Assembly: GCA_965198005.1 (NCBI GenBank)
Contig: CBDAOI010000002.1
Span: 448,001-512,000 of the forward strand
DNA length: 64,000 nt
Direction: 5' to 3'
Source of the DNA: Spirochaetia bacterium
Lineage (GTDB): Bacteria; Spirochaetota; Spirochaetia; SZUA-6; Bin103
Shown piece after piece: positions 28,743 to 39,472 of this stretch. The stretch's first letter is position 1, and every line of letters starts with the position of its first letter. The translations under genes and the position numbers were made by a program. A model generated the notes under the pieces. The model did not search any database, had not been told where the DNA came from, and was given only the letters and a program-made list of their open reading frames with translations.

Positions 28743-28771
28743 AGTCTGCCGCACGCGCGGCAAACAGTCAA
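28743..28771 (-). promoter_or_regulatory. leader promoter
   Basis: TTGACT-17-CAGACT. Confidence 0.5.
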
Positions 28772-29140
28772 GCGGGCATTCAGGTGCCCCCGCCAGCCGG
28801 TGGGAACTCTCCCACACGATCGCCTCATGCCCCGCTCCGCTCCGCGGCCAGCCACTCACCGAGACTAACAGCACAATGAGTATTGGAAGGCTTATTCCGG
28901 CGGTTGTCAAACCTAAATTCGGTGACGTGGATGGGACCCGTTCGGCATCTGCTTCCCTCGCGCCCCCTTCCGTAGAGCTATCTGCTTACTCTGTCATAAA
29001 ATACCGAACACTGCCCGCGTCCCTTCATCCCCAAGAATAGTTCAGTCGATTGCCCTGCGAGGTGTCGGAGGTTGCCCGGACGCGGTATGCGCGGTACCCG
29101 GTCCGACGCAGGCACTAATCAGGGATGATAACGTTCAGCG

Positions 29141-30125
29141 CTACCCGGACAGCGGCTGCGGCGGCGAGTTCATCCGCACCAGCACCTGGTCCCACGACGG
29201 GAACAGGAATAGCCGAAACGTGGCGCGGACCGCGCCCCAGAACTCCCGGCGCGACCCGAACCCAGCCCGCACCTGCTGATACAGACCGTCCACCAGCTCG
29301 AATATCCGGTGCATGAAATAGGCCAGCAGATTGAGCACGAAGAACGCCTCCGACAAGTACTTGTCACCGTGGCCGAAGTTGTGCTCCAGGTGGTAGCCCT
29401 GGTTCTTCAGCGCTTCAGCGCTTCAGCGTATTGAACCCCTCGTTCTCGATCTTCCAGCGTGCTCGTCCCGCACGCACGATCCGGGCTACGCTGCCAGCGG
29501 TCGGCACCAAGTCGGTCACCCAGGCGTTTTGATAGGTGGGCGTGCCGGCACGGACGATGCGGTAGTGCACGAAGTTGATCTTGGGACTGCGGGGGTTGCC
29601 GTTCAGCGGCACCCCAGTAACCCACGTCGATGGTGGAGCGGTGGTCCAGCAGCCGACCGCGGCGCAGCCCGTCGATATCCTGGTACAGGCTTGGTGTGAT
29701 CCTCCGGCTTGGCCACCAGCAGAAACGAGCAGCGGGCGGCGCGCACCTGTTCGATGAACGGTTGCTTGGAGTACGGACTATCGGCGACGATCACCGCAGC
29801 CAGCCGGGGATGGTCGTTACGGATGCGCTGCAAGGCACGGTAGCCGGCTTTTATTTCACAGTCCTGCTTGCGGCGTTTGGCGCTCTTGGCGCCAGAGTCA
29901 TCGGCGTTGTGAATGAACCCGGGAGCCAACGGCAGCACCTGCCGCTTGTCGGGGTGGACGATGGCGGTCTGCAGGATGTCGTGGTGGTAGCGTACGGTGC
30001 CGTTCTTGGTGGCGGTCAGACAGCACTCACGGTTCACCTGGTACGAGCTGAAGTACTGGGAGCCGTCCATGGTGATGAGGTAGCGACCGTCGAGGAACTG
30101 ATAGTGCTGCAGCCATTTGGCGTCC
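29141..30125 (-). mobile_element. ISNCY-like DDE transposase pseudogene
   Basis: DGSQYFSS, KQDCE, AD..YSKQP, GRARWKIENEGFNTLK..NQGYHLEHNFGHG; frameshifts include (CTTCAGCG)3 at 29405-29428. Confidence 0.8.
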
Positions 30126-30164
30126 TGCATGCGCCCTATCCAGTCGCCGAAGCAGGCTCTCCTA

Positions 30165-30477
30165 CCGCCGGCTCGCCGATGCGGTCGGCATCTCCCACAA
30201 CAACCTCGCCTCCTATGAGGCCGACCGCGTCATGCCCTCGTTCCAGAACGCGGTGAAGCTGTGCCAGTTCTTCAACGTGCCCCTCGAGTATCTGCTGGTC
30301 GGTCAGAAGGCCGCCTTCCGCTATCACGACCTCAGGCTCGCCGAGCTGTTCCTCCAGGCCGATGCGCTGCCGGCCGAGTACCGCACCATCATCAAGGCGT
30401 ACCTGCGCAGCGTGATGACGCACGCGGCCCAGAAGGAGCGCCTGATCGCTCGCGCCGCCGAGCCGGAGCTGCCGTAG
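30165..30477 (+). pseudogene. XRE-family HTH regulator, 5'-damaged
   Basis: VGISHNNLASYEADRVMPSFQNAVKLCQFFNVPLEYLL. Confidence 0.65.
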
Positions 30478-30577
30478 GGAGAGGGAACCGAGAGCGCAGA
30501 TCGCGCGAAGAAAGTGCTTGACGGCTGGGAACCGAGTGCGAAAGCGCCTGGCAACCAAGTACCAGGAGGTGCGATCG

Positions 30578-31173
30578 ATGGTGAGCTTTCAGGTTTCCGG
30601 TCAGCCGGCGCTGCGGTTCAAGGTGGCGGCGCGCTCGGTGCTGTTTGCCGGCAGCCGCCGCGGGCAGGTGGAGCAGCCGGTCTGCCGCGCGCTGGTCGAG
30701 CGGTTCCGCCGCCATGGGTTCGGGTTCTTCGTGGGCTGCGCGGCCGGCGTCGATGCGGCGTTCCGCGCGGCGCTGGCCCACTCAGCGTGCGGCCCCGACG
30801 AGGTGTTCGTCGGCTGCGCGTTCGGCCGGCGCGCACGGCGCTGCCGGGCCGAGGGGCTGTTCGCCTCGGCGGTGGTGCCCGAGGGCATCCCGCCCAACGC
30901 AGCGCTGGCGCGGCGCACCCTGTGGCTGGTCAAGCGCAGCTCGCTGGTGGTGCTGTTCCCCGAGCGCCCTGCCGACCGGCAGTGGGGGCCGGCTCGCGGC
31001 ACGTGTTTCGATCGAGTCTCTACCATCTTAAGCCGCTGCTCGTAGTGGCCTCGCGGCCGCCTGCGGCGCCGGCCTACTGCCGGGTGGTTGCTTCCGATCT
31101 GTTCGCCACGGTCGACGGCTACTGGGTGGTGCCGCATACCTTCCGCGACGGGTTCTGCGACGACGAGTACTGA
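30578..31173 (+). pseudogene. SLOG/DprA-like protein with 1-nt frameshift
   Basis: AGGAGG RBS; FAGSR...VGCAAGVD...LARR...WG(A)GS; G5 run at 30984-30988 needs G6. Confidence 0.6.
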
Positions 31174-31601
31174 GGGTCCAGATCGGAGCATCGGCTTCCC
31201 GCTGACCGGCAAGGCCACGCCCATGCACAGCCCGGCGCACGCCGACCTGCTCGGTCGCCTTCCGGCCCCCCCTCCGGGCCAGCCCACAGCCCCCGACCTC
31301 GTGTCGTGGTCTGTGGCCGTATGCCAGCCGTGGCGCCAGGGAGGGCGCCACGGGTGGAGGTCACTGATTACGGACTCTGCCGCGGCCGATGAAGCGGCGA
31401 CGCCACCGTGATCCGCGCCGGCACCACCGGCCAACCGTCACTAGCGGTGCGCCCGCGACATCAGCACAATGGCGACACCCGTGATCCGGCAAAAGGGCCC
31501 ATTGGCCGATTCAGAACGTGTCCGAAGGCCCCTTGTTCGCGGAGGAGGTGGGTTAGCCAATCTCCGAAACGAGTTGGCTTGCTCCTTGGTGTTGCGGCGG
31601 C

Positions 31602-31925
31602 TCATCCGTCGTGGGCGACGGGCTGGATTGCCTCGAGCTCCTGACTCAACTCGTCTCGGCGATTACGCACGTCGATCTCGTTCTGCAGGTTCAGCCAGAA
31701 TCTCTCACTCGTACCGAAGAGGCGCGCCAGCCTCAACGCCATGTCGACCGAGAGGCGGCGGCGCCCGTGGACTAGGTCAAGTATCGAACTTGTGGCCACC
31801 CGCAGCTCTTTCGCAAGGCGGTAGGGCGTCATCCCCAGTGGCTGAAGAAACTCTTCCTGGAGGATTTCGCCCACCGTCGGCGTCGGGATTTTCCCCGCCA
31901 ACGCGGGCCTATAAGTCGTAGCCAT
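31602..31925 (-). CDS. higA: HigA antitoxin
   Basis: GEILQEEFLQPLGMT, DMALRLARLFGTSERFWLNLQ. Confidence 0.92.
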   Translation of the reverse strand: MATTYRPALAGKIPTPTVGEILQEEFLQPLGMTPYRLAKELRVATSSILDLVHGRRRLSVDMALRLARLFGTSERFWLNLQNEIDVRNRRDELSQELEAIQPVAHDG

Positions 31926-31939
31926 GGCGCGACACCTCG

Positions 31940-32221
31940 CTAATGGTAATCTTCGATTCCGACGTCAGAGGCGTGACCCGCTCGGAACCGAAAGCAGATT
32001 CGCCACTGCCGATTGATGCGGATCGACATCTCTCCGGCCCTATCACCTTTGAGACGTTCCAGGCGGTTGCCCGGCGGATTGCGCAGGTCCATCTCAGACT
32101 CAGCGGCGTTCAGCAGCAGCAACTTCTTGAGGGCACGCGCCTGGATATCTCTCGGAAACTTGGTCGACCACTGTTGGTGAAAGATCCGCTCTGTCTCCTT
32201 GTCCTTGAAGGACCGGATCAT
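31940..32221 (-). CDS. higB: HigB (RelE/ParE family) toxin
   Basis: MIRSFKDKETE, PPGNRLERLKGDRAG..SIRINRQWRICF, IEDYH. Confidence 0.92.
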   Translation of the reverse strand: MIRSFKDKETERIFHQQWSTKFPRDIQARALKKLLLLNAAESEMDLRNPPGNRLERLKGDRAGEMSIRINRQWRICFRFRAGHASDVGIEDYH

Positions 32222-32554
32222 GGCCAAGCATCTGTGCCGCCGATATGTCTGTCAAGAAGATAGCTAAGCCGGGTCCGGGGGTCAAAGTCCATGGTCGCGC
32301 CGCTTATGCGACAGTTTCGTGCGTGGCGGCCGATGAGAGGAATGTGCACGGTTGCAGGAGCGGTGGCGATTCCCCGATGGCCCGGCGCCGCTGGGCTGAA
32401 TCGTCGCGGACTCCGGACGCCGCGCCCCAAGCTGTGCACAGGGCAGCCGCACGCTCGCCATCCTTGGCGCGGTGCGCCTGTCGTGTACGCGCGGGGGCCC
32501 GTCAGATGCGCGGCGGATTGGCGAGTTACCTGGTGCCCGGCTTCCCCGCCGGAT

Positions 32555-32635
32555 TCACCCCGAGGTCAGTGGTGTTGTTCCCCGAGCAGCCTGCCGACGG
32601 TCGGTGGGGAGCGGGTTCACGGCTCGTGTGGTGTG
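32555..32635 (+). pseudogene. fragment of a second SLOG-like copy
   Basis: SVVLFPEQPADGRWGAGSRLV matches 30940-31005. Confidence 0.6.
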
Positions 32636-33012
32636 GCCTCCGACCTTCGCCACGATGATGCACAGACCCTGCGGTGAACTCACGCCCATCCACAGCCTGG
32701 CGCTCGTCGACCTGATCGTGCGCGTTCCGGGCGCGCCTCCGGAATAGGACGCGGATGTTACTCCCGAACTGCGAAGGTACTGTGAACAGCCGGTGCAGCT
32801 CTGACTCGCGCAGTGGATCGAGAATAGCCAACGGGCTCCCAGCGCCCACGACGTCCCTGTCGCGGGCCGGGAGCTACATGCCACCCGTGGCGGCAGGGAG
32901 GGCGCCATCGGGTGCAGGCGCGTGTCCACCTGCACAGCCGCAGGCGCGCATCCCCTACTGGGAACCGCATGCGGCACGCTGCGTTGGCTTCTTGTTCCAT
33001 GATTGCGCTTTT

Positions 33013-33385
33013 CTAAACCGACCTGGCGCCAGCGGCACCCAGACGACCCACACCGCCCTTCAGCCGGGGATCGAGCAGGTCTCTGAGCGCATCCCCTAGC
33101 ATATTCAGACTATACACCACGATGGTCAGGGCAAGACCCGGCCAGATAGCCAGCCAGGGCGCCAACTCCATGAACCGGCGCCCGTCGTTGCTCAGCATCC
33201 CGCCCCAGCTTGCGACATTCGGGGGAAGGCCGAAACCGAGGAAGCTCAGGGAAGCCTCGGCCATGATGACCCCGCCAATGGTCACGGTGAAGGTGATGAT
33301 CATGGGCGCCATGATGTTGGGCAGTACGTGGCGGAAGATGGTTCGGGCCGTACCGAACGTGCCCAGCGGCTTCTCCCGGACCAGC
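33013..33385 (-). pseudogene. permease C, collapsed
   Basis: LVREKPLGT joined to RTIFRHVLPN...DLLDPRL. Confidence 0.8.
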
Positions 33386-33389
33386 GTGT

Positions 33390-33543
33390 CGAGGATCTCG
33401 CAGATGTGCAGAGCCTGTGGCGCATCCACGGGCACAACCTCGATAAGCGCTCGATTCGCCGGACACTGCGGTTGCTCGAGGAGGCGCTGGATCAAAGCGA
33501 CCTCCTGCCCGGCTTCGAGTCGATCGCGCAGGATGGCCCGTGA
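33390..33543 (+). pseudogene. 3' end of nucleotidyltransferase, copy of ~41440-41592
   Basis: DLAD.Q.LWR.HGHNLD.RSIRRTLRLLEEALDQSDLLPGFESIAQDGP. Confidence 0.8.
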
Positions 33544-33582
33544 TCAGTAAGTAGTACGTGTCTGCGCATTCTGCAGTCGCTG

Positions 33583-34530
33583 TCAGGTTCTGTCCCTGCC
33601 CGCGCCATAGCGGCCGAGGCGGCCGCGCAGGCGGGGGTCCAGCAGGTCGCGCACCGCGTCACCGAACATGTTGAGGCTGTACACCACCACCGTCAGGCAC
33701 ACCCCCGGCCACAGCGCCAAGTGCGGCGCGATCTCCATGTACTGCCGCCCCTCGCGGCTCAGCATGCCGCCCCAGCTCGGAATGTCCGGCGGCAGGCCGA
33801 ACCCCAGAAAACTCAGCGCCGCCTCCGACATGATCACCCCGCCGACGTTGATGCTGAAGATGATGATGATCGGCGCCGCGACGTTGGGCAGCACGTGGCG
33901 CAGCAGCGAGCGCCGGCGCGAGCTGCCGATCGCCTGCGCCGCCTGGAAGTAGACGTTCTCCTTCACGCCCAGCACCGCGCCCCGCACCACCCGCGACGCC
34001 GGGATGCCGCCCGACACCCCCAGCACGATGATGATCTGCGCCATGCCGCGGCCGGCAATCGACATGATGGTGAGCAGCAGCAGCAGCCCCGGGAACGCCA
34101 TCCAGGCGTCGACGAAGCGCTGCGTCACCAGGTCCAGCCGGCCGCCGATGAAGCCGGTGGTGCCGCCGATCAGCACCGCAACGGCGACGGTGAGCGCGGT
34201 GGCGGCCAGCCCCACCGTCAGCGACAGCCGCGCCCCGTGGATGAGGCGGCTCAGGAGGTCCCGCCCCACGTGGTCGGTGCCCAGCAGGTACGCGGCGGAG
34301 GACGCCTGCAGGCGGTCGCGCAGGTGGATCTCCTCGTAGCGGTAGGGCGCCAGCGAATCGGCGAAGATGCTCACCAGCACCAGAATCAGGATGACGATGC
34401 CGCCGGCGGTCCCCAGCGGCTGCTCGCGCACCAGCCGCCCGAAGAACTTCCTCAGCCCGGCCTGCGTAGCCGCAACCGCGTCCGCGGCCGGCTCGGCTCC
34501 CGCCGGCGTCAACTGCGATACGTCACCCAT
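33583..34530 (-). CDS. ABC permease C
   Basis: near-identical to 23787-24728. Confidence 0.93.
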   Translation of the reverse strand: MGDVSQLTPAGAEPAADAVAATQAGLRKFFGRLVREQPLGTAGGIVILILVLVSIFADSLAPYRYEEIHLRDRLQASSAAYLLGTDHVGRDLLSRLIHGARLSLTVGLAATALTVAVAVLIGGTTGFIGGRLDLVTQRFVDAWMAFPGLLLLLTIMSIAGRGMAQIIIVLGVSGGIPASRVVRGAVLGVKENVYFQAAQAIGSSRRRSLLRHVLPNVAAPIIIIFSINVGGVIMSEAALSFLGFGLPPDIPSWGGMLSREGRQYMEIAPHLALWPGVCLTVVVYSLNMFGDAVRDLLDPRLRGRLGRYGAGRDRT

Positions 34531-34555
34531 GGGCTTCCCTCATTGCCTCATTCCC

Positions 34556-34902
34556 TCATTCGTAGCGAATCCGCGGGTCCAGCGAAGCATACAGCAAATC
34601 GGTCAGCAGGTTGACCACCACCACCACCGTGGCGAAGAACAGGTTCACCGCCGACACCACCGGGTAGTCGCGCTCGTTGAGCGCGTCCAGCATCAGCCGC
34701 CCCAGCCCCGGCAGGTTGAGGATGTTCTCGATGATCACCGAGCCGCCCACCAGAATCGGCAACTGCATACCCACCAGCGTCACCACCGGGATGATGGCGT
34801 TCTTGAGCGCGTGGCGCAGAATCACCGACCGCTCCAGCAGCCCCTTGGCCCAGGCGGTCCTGACGTAGTCCTGGCGCAGCACCTCCAGCATCATGGTGCG
34901 CG
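34556..34902 (-). pseudogene. permease B 3' fragment
   Basis: begins abruptly at RTMMLEVLRQD. Confidence 0.85.
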
Positions 34903-34938
34903 GGCGGGTCCGGGCACCGTACGTGACCTTGCTCAGGA

Positions 34939-35826
34939 TCAGCCGGCGTCCCCGGCGCCGAGACGGCCGCCGCCGCGCAGCCGCGGATCGAGCAAGTCCC
35001 GCATGGCATCACCCAGCATGTTGAAGCTGTACACCACGATTGTCAGGCACAGCCCGGGCCACAGCGCCAGCCATGGCGCCTGCTCCATGAACCGCCGCCC
35101 CTCCCGGCTCAGCATGCCGCCCCAGCTCGGGACCTTGATCGGCAGCCCGAAGCCGAGAAAGCTCAAGCTGGCCTCGGCCAGGATCACGCCGCCGACGTTG
35201 ATGCTGAAGACGATGATCAGCGGCGCCACGATATTGGGCAGGACGTGGCGCACCAGGACCTCGCGCGTCGGCGCGCCGACCGCCCGGGCGGCCAGAAAAA
35301 AATCGTTGCCCTTGGTGGCCACCACGGCGCCTCTGACCACGCGCGAGCCGCCCACACCGCCGGCGATCCCGAGCACCACGATGATCTGTAGCAGGCCCTG
35401 CCCCGCGACCGACATGATCGTGAGCAGCAGCAGCAGTCCCGGGAACGCCATCCAGGCATCGACGAAGCGCTGCACCGCCAGGTCCAGCTTGCCCCCAATG
35501 AATCCGGACGTGCCGCCGATCAGGGTGGCGACCACCACGTTCAGCGTGGTCGCCGCCAGACCGACGACCAGCGAGATGCGCGCCCCGAACAGCAGCCGGC
35601 TCAACAGGTCGCGGCCCAACTGGTCGGTCCCCAGCAGATGGCGGGCCGACGGGCCCTGCAGCCGGTCTGCCAAGTTGAGTTGATCGAAGGGATAGGGGGC
35701 CAGAGCATCGGCAAAGATCGCCAGCAGAATCAGGATCAAGATGACGATCCCGCTGGCGATCCCCAGGGGCTTCTGCCGCCACAACCTGCCGAAGAAATCG
35801 GCAAACGGCCCGCGCGCGTCAGTCAT
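34939..35826 (-). CDS. ABC permease C
   Basis: full DppC motifs. Confidence 0.93.
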   Translation of the reverse strand: MTDARGPFADFFGRLWRQKPLGIASGIVILILILLAIFADALAPYPFDQLNLADRLQGPSARHLLGTDQLGRDLLSRLLFGARISLVVGLAATTLNVVVATLIGGTSGFIGGKLDLAVQRFVDAWMAFPGLLLLLTIMSVAGQGLLQIIVVLGIAGGVGGSRVVRGAVVATKGNDFFLAARAVGAPTREVLVRHVLPNIVAPLIIVFSINVGGVILAEASLSFLGFGLPIKVPSWGGMLSREGRRFMEQAPWLALWPGLCLTIVVYSFNMLGDAMRDLLDPRLRGGGRLGAGDAG

Positions 35827-36823
35827 ACCGCACCCTCGGGTCCAGATAGGAATAGAGCAGGTCGATCAGGAGATTGAACAGCACTACGGCGGTGGCGAAG
35901 AACAGGTTGATCCCGGAGACCACCGGGTAATCTCTGTTATCGAGTGCAGTCAGCAGGAGACGACCCAGCCCGGGCAGGTTGAAGATGTTCTCCATGATGA
36001 CCGAGCCACCGATCAGGATCGGCAACTGCAGGCCGATCAGGGTCACGACCGGGATCAGTGCATTCTTGACCGCGTGCCGCATGACAACCACCCGCTCCCT
36101 GAGACCCTTCGACCAAGCGGTCCTGATATAATCTTGCCTGAGCACCTCCAGCATCATGGTGCGCGTCATCCGCATGGTGGCGGCAGCCGAGGCCGTCCCC
36201 AGAATCAGGCTGGGAACAATGAACACGCCGAGATTTCCGAGCGGATCTTCCGTGAAAGAAATCAGCTCCATTGGTGGCGTCCAGCCCCACCAGAGTGTCG
36301 GGTATATCATGACCATAATTCCCAGCCAGAAATTAGGCGTCGCCAGGCCGATGATGGCGATGGAGCGCCCCGCGTAGTCGGCGGCGGTATCCTGCCGAAT
36401 CGCCGAGTAGATACCGACCGGCAGGGCTATCACGAGCCCGATTACAATTGCCATGACACCAAGCTGAATGGTTACCGGCAATCTGCCCACTATCTTCTCC
36501 TCTATCGTAAAAGGGCTCATCAGTGATTCACCAAGCGTGCCCTGGAGGAGACCGTTGAAGTGAGACTCATTGGTAACAAAGTCGGGTGTGGGCAACACTC
36601 CTATCCAGCGTCCATACTGCACGTGGACGGGCACGTCCAATCCCAGAATACGCTCCACAGCGGCACGGTCAATCTCGGCGTAGCCACCCGCCACTTCCAA
36701 CCTGCTTTGCATTGCGCCTATCACATCGCCGGGGAGGAAGCGCACCGAGAGAAAGACCAGGATGGTCAACACAAACAGGGTGGGCACTATCAGCAATAAC
36801 CGCCTGATGGTATAGGCTCTCAT
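35819..36823 (-). CDS. ABC permease B
   Basis: full DppB motifs. Confidence 0.93.
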   Translation of the reverse strand: MRAYTIRRLLLIVPTLFVLTILVFLSVRFLPGDVIGAMQSRLEVAGGYAEIDRAAVERILGLDVPVHVQYGRWIGVLPTPDFVTNESHFNGLLQGTLGESLMSPFTIEEKIVGRLPVTIQLGVMAIVIGLVIALPVGIYSAIRQDTAADYAGRSIAIIGLATPNFWLGIMVMIYPTLWWGWTPPMELISFTEDPLGNLGVFIVPSLILGTASAAATMRMTRTMMLEVLRQDYIRTAWSKGLRERVVVMRHAVKNALIPVVTLIGLQLPILIGGSVIMENIFNLPGLGRLLLTALDNRDYPVVSGINLFFATAVVLFNLLIDLLYSYLDPRVRYD

Positions 36824-36899
36824 GTGCTACACCTTGTCGTTCTACAAGCTGTCATTGAAGGTATGAAGGTTTGGATTCCGCGCTCCGCTCGGAATGAGC

Positions 36900-36938
36900 A
36901 AGGGAGCCGGGAGGTTTGAATCCCCCAGCTCCCTCTTT
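36900..36938 (-). terminator. hairpin after SBP4
   Basis: AGGGAGC.GGG...CCC.GCTCCCT. Confidence 0.55.
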
Positions 36939-36939
36939 C

Positions 36940-38721
36940 CTAACGACCCATTGCCTCCTTCAGCTCACTATCAATCCAGAGGCGGGAATGGGTGGTCCAC
37001 TGGTCGCCTACCGCCCAGTGGCCAATTTCACCGCTATATCCTGTGAGCCACGGCTGGGCCACCATGAAAGTTGGACTTCTGGGACCCCATATCTGCCAGT
37101 GCTGGTCTATTACGTACATATCTGCCTCTACAATCAGCCGCTGCTGCTCCTCAATGGTATTAGCGGCCAGGGCGGCGTCAACCGTGGCGTCCAACTCAGG
37201 CCACTGATGTAACCAGCGATTAGATGTTGAATCCGATCGAAGGAGGCCTACGTAAGCGACAGGGTCATACAGGCTGCCCCCAATGGAACTTATCATGCCT
37301 TTATTAGTACGCCCGGACATTTCCTGATATTCGGCGCTGGTAATTACCTCAATCTCAACATCGACGCCAATCTCAGCCCAGTAGGCGACCGCTATTTCTG
37401 AAAAGTCCAAGACATGATATTGGCTCTGACTCAAGACGGTCTTGAATCTCGTGCCGTCCGCGCCGCGCGGATACCCAGCCTCATCGAGGAGCTTCTCGGC
37501 AGCTTCCGGGTCATACCTGTAGTATTGCTTGACCTCTTCGTCCCACTCCTCGAAGGGGATGTGATACCCTTTCACCCCTTGCCACCCGAAAGGTGTCGCA
37601 TCTGCCTCACCCTTCCATAACGTAGCCACCGCAGTTTCGTTGTCCAGCGCCATCTGCATCGCCCTGCGCACGTTGATGTCGTCAAAGGGCGGCACGCGCA
37701 GGTTAGGAGCAAAAGAATTCTGCGACCGAAACAGAATCGTGTGCACCGCGATTTCGGGGTTGGTCCGCTTGAGGCTCAGTACCCCGTCCAAATTAATGAG
37801 ATAGTGTATGTAATCAAGCGTGCCTGAGCGTAGTGCCGCCATAATTGTTGCTTCCTCTCCCATTGCAAGTACCCTTACCTCGTCAACGTAGGGCAGGCGG
37901 TGATCCGGGTACTTTTCGTCGAAGCCCCAGTAGTCAGGATTCTTGACATAGGTGAAACTGCTCCCATCGACTACGTCAGTCAGCTCAAAGGGTCCGGTGC
38001 CGACCACGTTCCGCCAATCCTGCACGTCGCCGTATTGCTCGATGACCTCGCGGGGCATTATGAAAGTAGAGTTGTGGCCGAGCAAGATCACCAGCGCATC
38101 GAGGAATGGCTCCTTCAGCTTCATAACAACCGTCCATTTGTCTGTGGCCGTTACCGATTCGAATGGGATGCCGGTGACTTGGGCGGCAAAGGCGGTCGGT
38201 CCGGCGTCGGTGAACTCGCCCAGACCCAACATACGGTGATAGTTCCATTCAACGTCATAGGCATCGAACTCCCGACCGTTCATCGGTGCCTTGTCGTGCC
38301 AGTTAACGCCCTGGCGGATGTTGAAGATAATCGTCGTATCGTCGGGCGTTTCCCAGCTTTCCGCCAGCCTCCCAATCATGACCGACAGGGGGTAGTAAGC
38401 CGCCGTAAGGTCCCATACGTCTCGATCTATTGCCCAGTTCGGGATGCCTAGCTTCTCATTCACGCCCGAGAGTATCACGTGCGGCCAACTGCCGAAATAG
38501 GGGTCACTTGGTGCCTGAGTCCAACCGGCGCCCGCCCACGCGGTTATTGTCCCGCCGTACTCCGGCGCGCTCACCACCTTGCCGGTGGAGGGGTCGGTCA
38601 CATACTTCTTGTCGGCGGCGGCTGCCGGCTCGTCTTCTGCTCCAGCGGCCCACAGGCCGGTTGCGGTCAGGGCCAGGACCAACGCAACCGCGAAGGTCAT
38701 TCTAAACAGGATTTTCATCAT
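36940..38721 (-). CDS. ABC substrate-binding protein, family 5 (SBP4)
   Basis: AAGGA then MMKILFRMTFAVALVL; PEYGGTIT, GTGPFEL, LDEAGYPRGADG. Confidence 0.92.
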   Translation of the reverse strand: MMKILFRMTFAVALVLALTATGLWAAGAEDEPAAAADKKYVTDPSTGKVVSAPEYGGTITAWAGAGWTQAPSDPYFGSWPHVILSGVNEKLGIPNWAIDRDVWDLTAAYYPLSVMIGRLAESWETPDDTTIIFNIRQGVNWHDKAPMNGREFDAYDVEWNYHRMLGLGEFTDAGPTAFAAQVTGIPFESVTATDKWTVVMKLKEPFLDALVILLGHNSTFIMPREVIEQYGDVQDWRNVVGTGPFELTDVVDGSSFTYVKNPDYWGFDEKYPDHRLPYVDEVRVLAMGEEATIMAALRSGTLDYIHYLINLDGVLSLKRTNPEIAVHTILFRSQNSFAPNLRVPPFDDINVRRAMQMALDNETAVATLWKGEADATPFGWQGVKGYHIPFEEWDEEVKQYYRYDPEAAEKLLDEAGYPRGADGTRFKTVLSQSQYHVLDFSEIAVAYWAEIGVDVEIEVITSAEYQEMSGRTNKGMISSIGGSLYDPVAYVGLLRSDSTSNRWLHQWPELDATVDAALAANTIEEQQRLIVEADMYVIDQHWQIWGPRSPTFMVAQPWLTGYSGEIGHWAVGDQWTTHSRLWIDSELKEAMGR

Positions 38722-38853
38722 CGTTTCTTCCTTGAAAGTTATTTCGAGAGTATTGCGTAGCGGATTGCCGCTCCCTGGCTCCTCTCGGGCCCGCAACGCA
38801 GGCGGCCAGTCAGAGTCGAATGTGTGACGCGCGCGGCGGGTGACTCATCGGGC

Positions 38854-38889
38854 TCACGCCGCGCGCGCGTAGGGTTCTTTGAGTATCAT
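38854..38889 (-). CDS. 11-aa uORF MILKEPYARAA
   Basis: AGGAGGT four nt before ATG; homolog of 9677-9712. Confidence 0.5.
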   Translation of the reverse strand: MILKEPYARAA

Positions 38890-39447
38890 TTGCACCTCCT
38901 GGAGCGCCGGTAAAACCGGCAAGGTTGTTGTAGCGACCCACGGCGGCCCCGAGTCATGCGCCGCCGCCCGCGAGGGCGGGGCTGAAGCGTTGACAGGGGT
39001 ACGTGCGGGCCGGGTATCGAGCCGCGAGGAGGCAGGCGGAAGGCCACACCCGGGACGCCGATATCGGGAGGCGTCACGGGACCCGGTTGGGATCCGCGTG
39101 TGCCCCATCACGCAAACACCGACCGCTCGGTCGACGTCGGGACCTGCGTCACAACGCCACGCGGGGCAGTGGGCGGTCCGCATGCCGGTTCGGCGATGGA
39201 CCGAGCCGACGCCACCGATAGCTACGGCGGTGGTGAAGGCAACGGCGTGCGCGGGGTCGCGTACGGGGCGATCAGCCGGAGCGCTTAGTTGCTTCTCGGC
39301 TTCTCGGTTCTGAAAATTGGTACAGGGGGGTGGCAGGGTACAGAGGGGGGGGGGAGACAGGGGGGGCAGAATAGCGGCAGAGCGCATCGGTTGCGCTATC
39401 TTCAACCGGCGGCAGCGCTGGGTACTGTCGTTACGCCTCATTCGCAT
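38854..39447 (-). CDS. SBP leader ORF, Pro-rich, in frame with the uORF
   Basis: MRMRRNDSTQRCRRL..QP...LPPLSPPPLCTLPPP...QLSAPADR. Confidence 0.4.
   Translation of the reverse strand: MRMRRNDSTQRCRRLKIAQPMRSAAILPPLSPPPLCTLPPPCTNFQNREAEKQLSAPADRPVRDPAHAVAFTTAVAIGGVGSVHRRTGMRTAHCPAWRCDAGPDVDRAVGVCVMGHTRIPTGSRDASRYRRPGCGLPPASSRLDTRPARTPVNASAPPSRAAAHDSGPPWVATTTLPVLPALQEVQMILKEPYARAA
39325..39366. repeat. cluster of G runs (G6, G3, G10, G7)
   Basis: direct count; G-quadruplex-compatible on the + strand. Confidence 0.8.
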
Positions 39448-39472
39448 CCATTCCCACCCGAAGCCCGCAGCC

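Noticed and set aside
36871-36897. Palindromic MITE/REP-like element GGATTCC..GGAATG; also GGAGTCGCGCAGCGACTCC near 12648 and 25816
   Set aside because: Short hairpins explained by paralogous intergenic regions; family cannot be assigned
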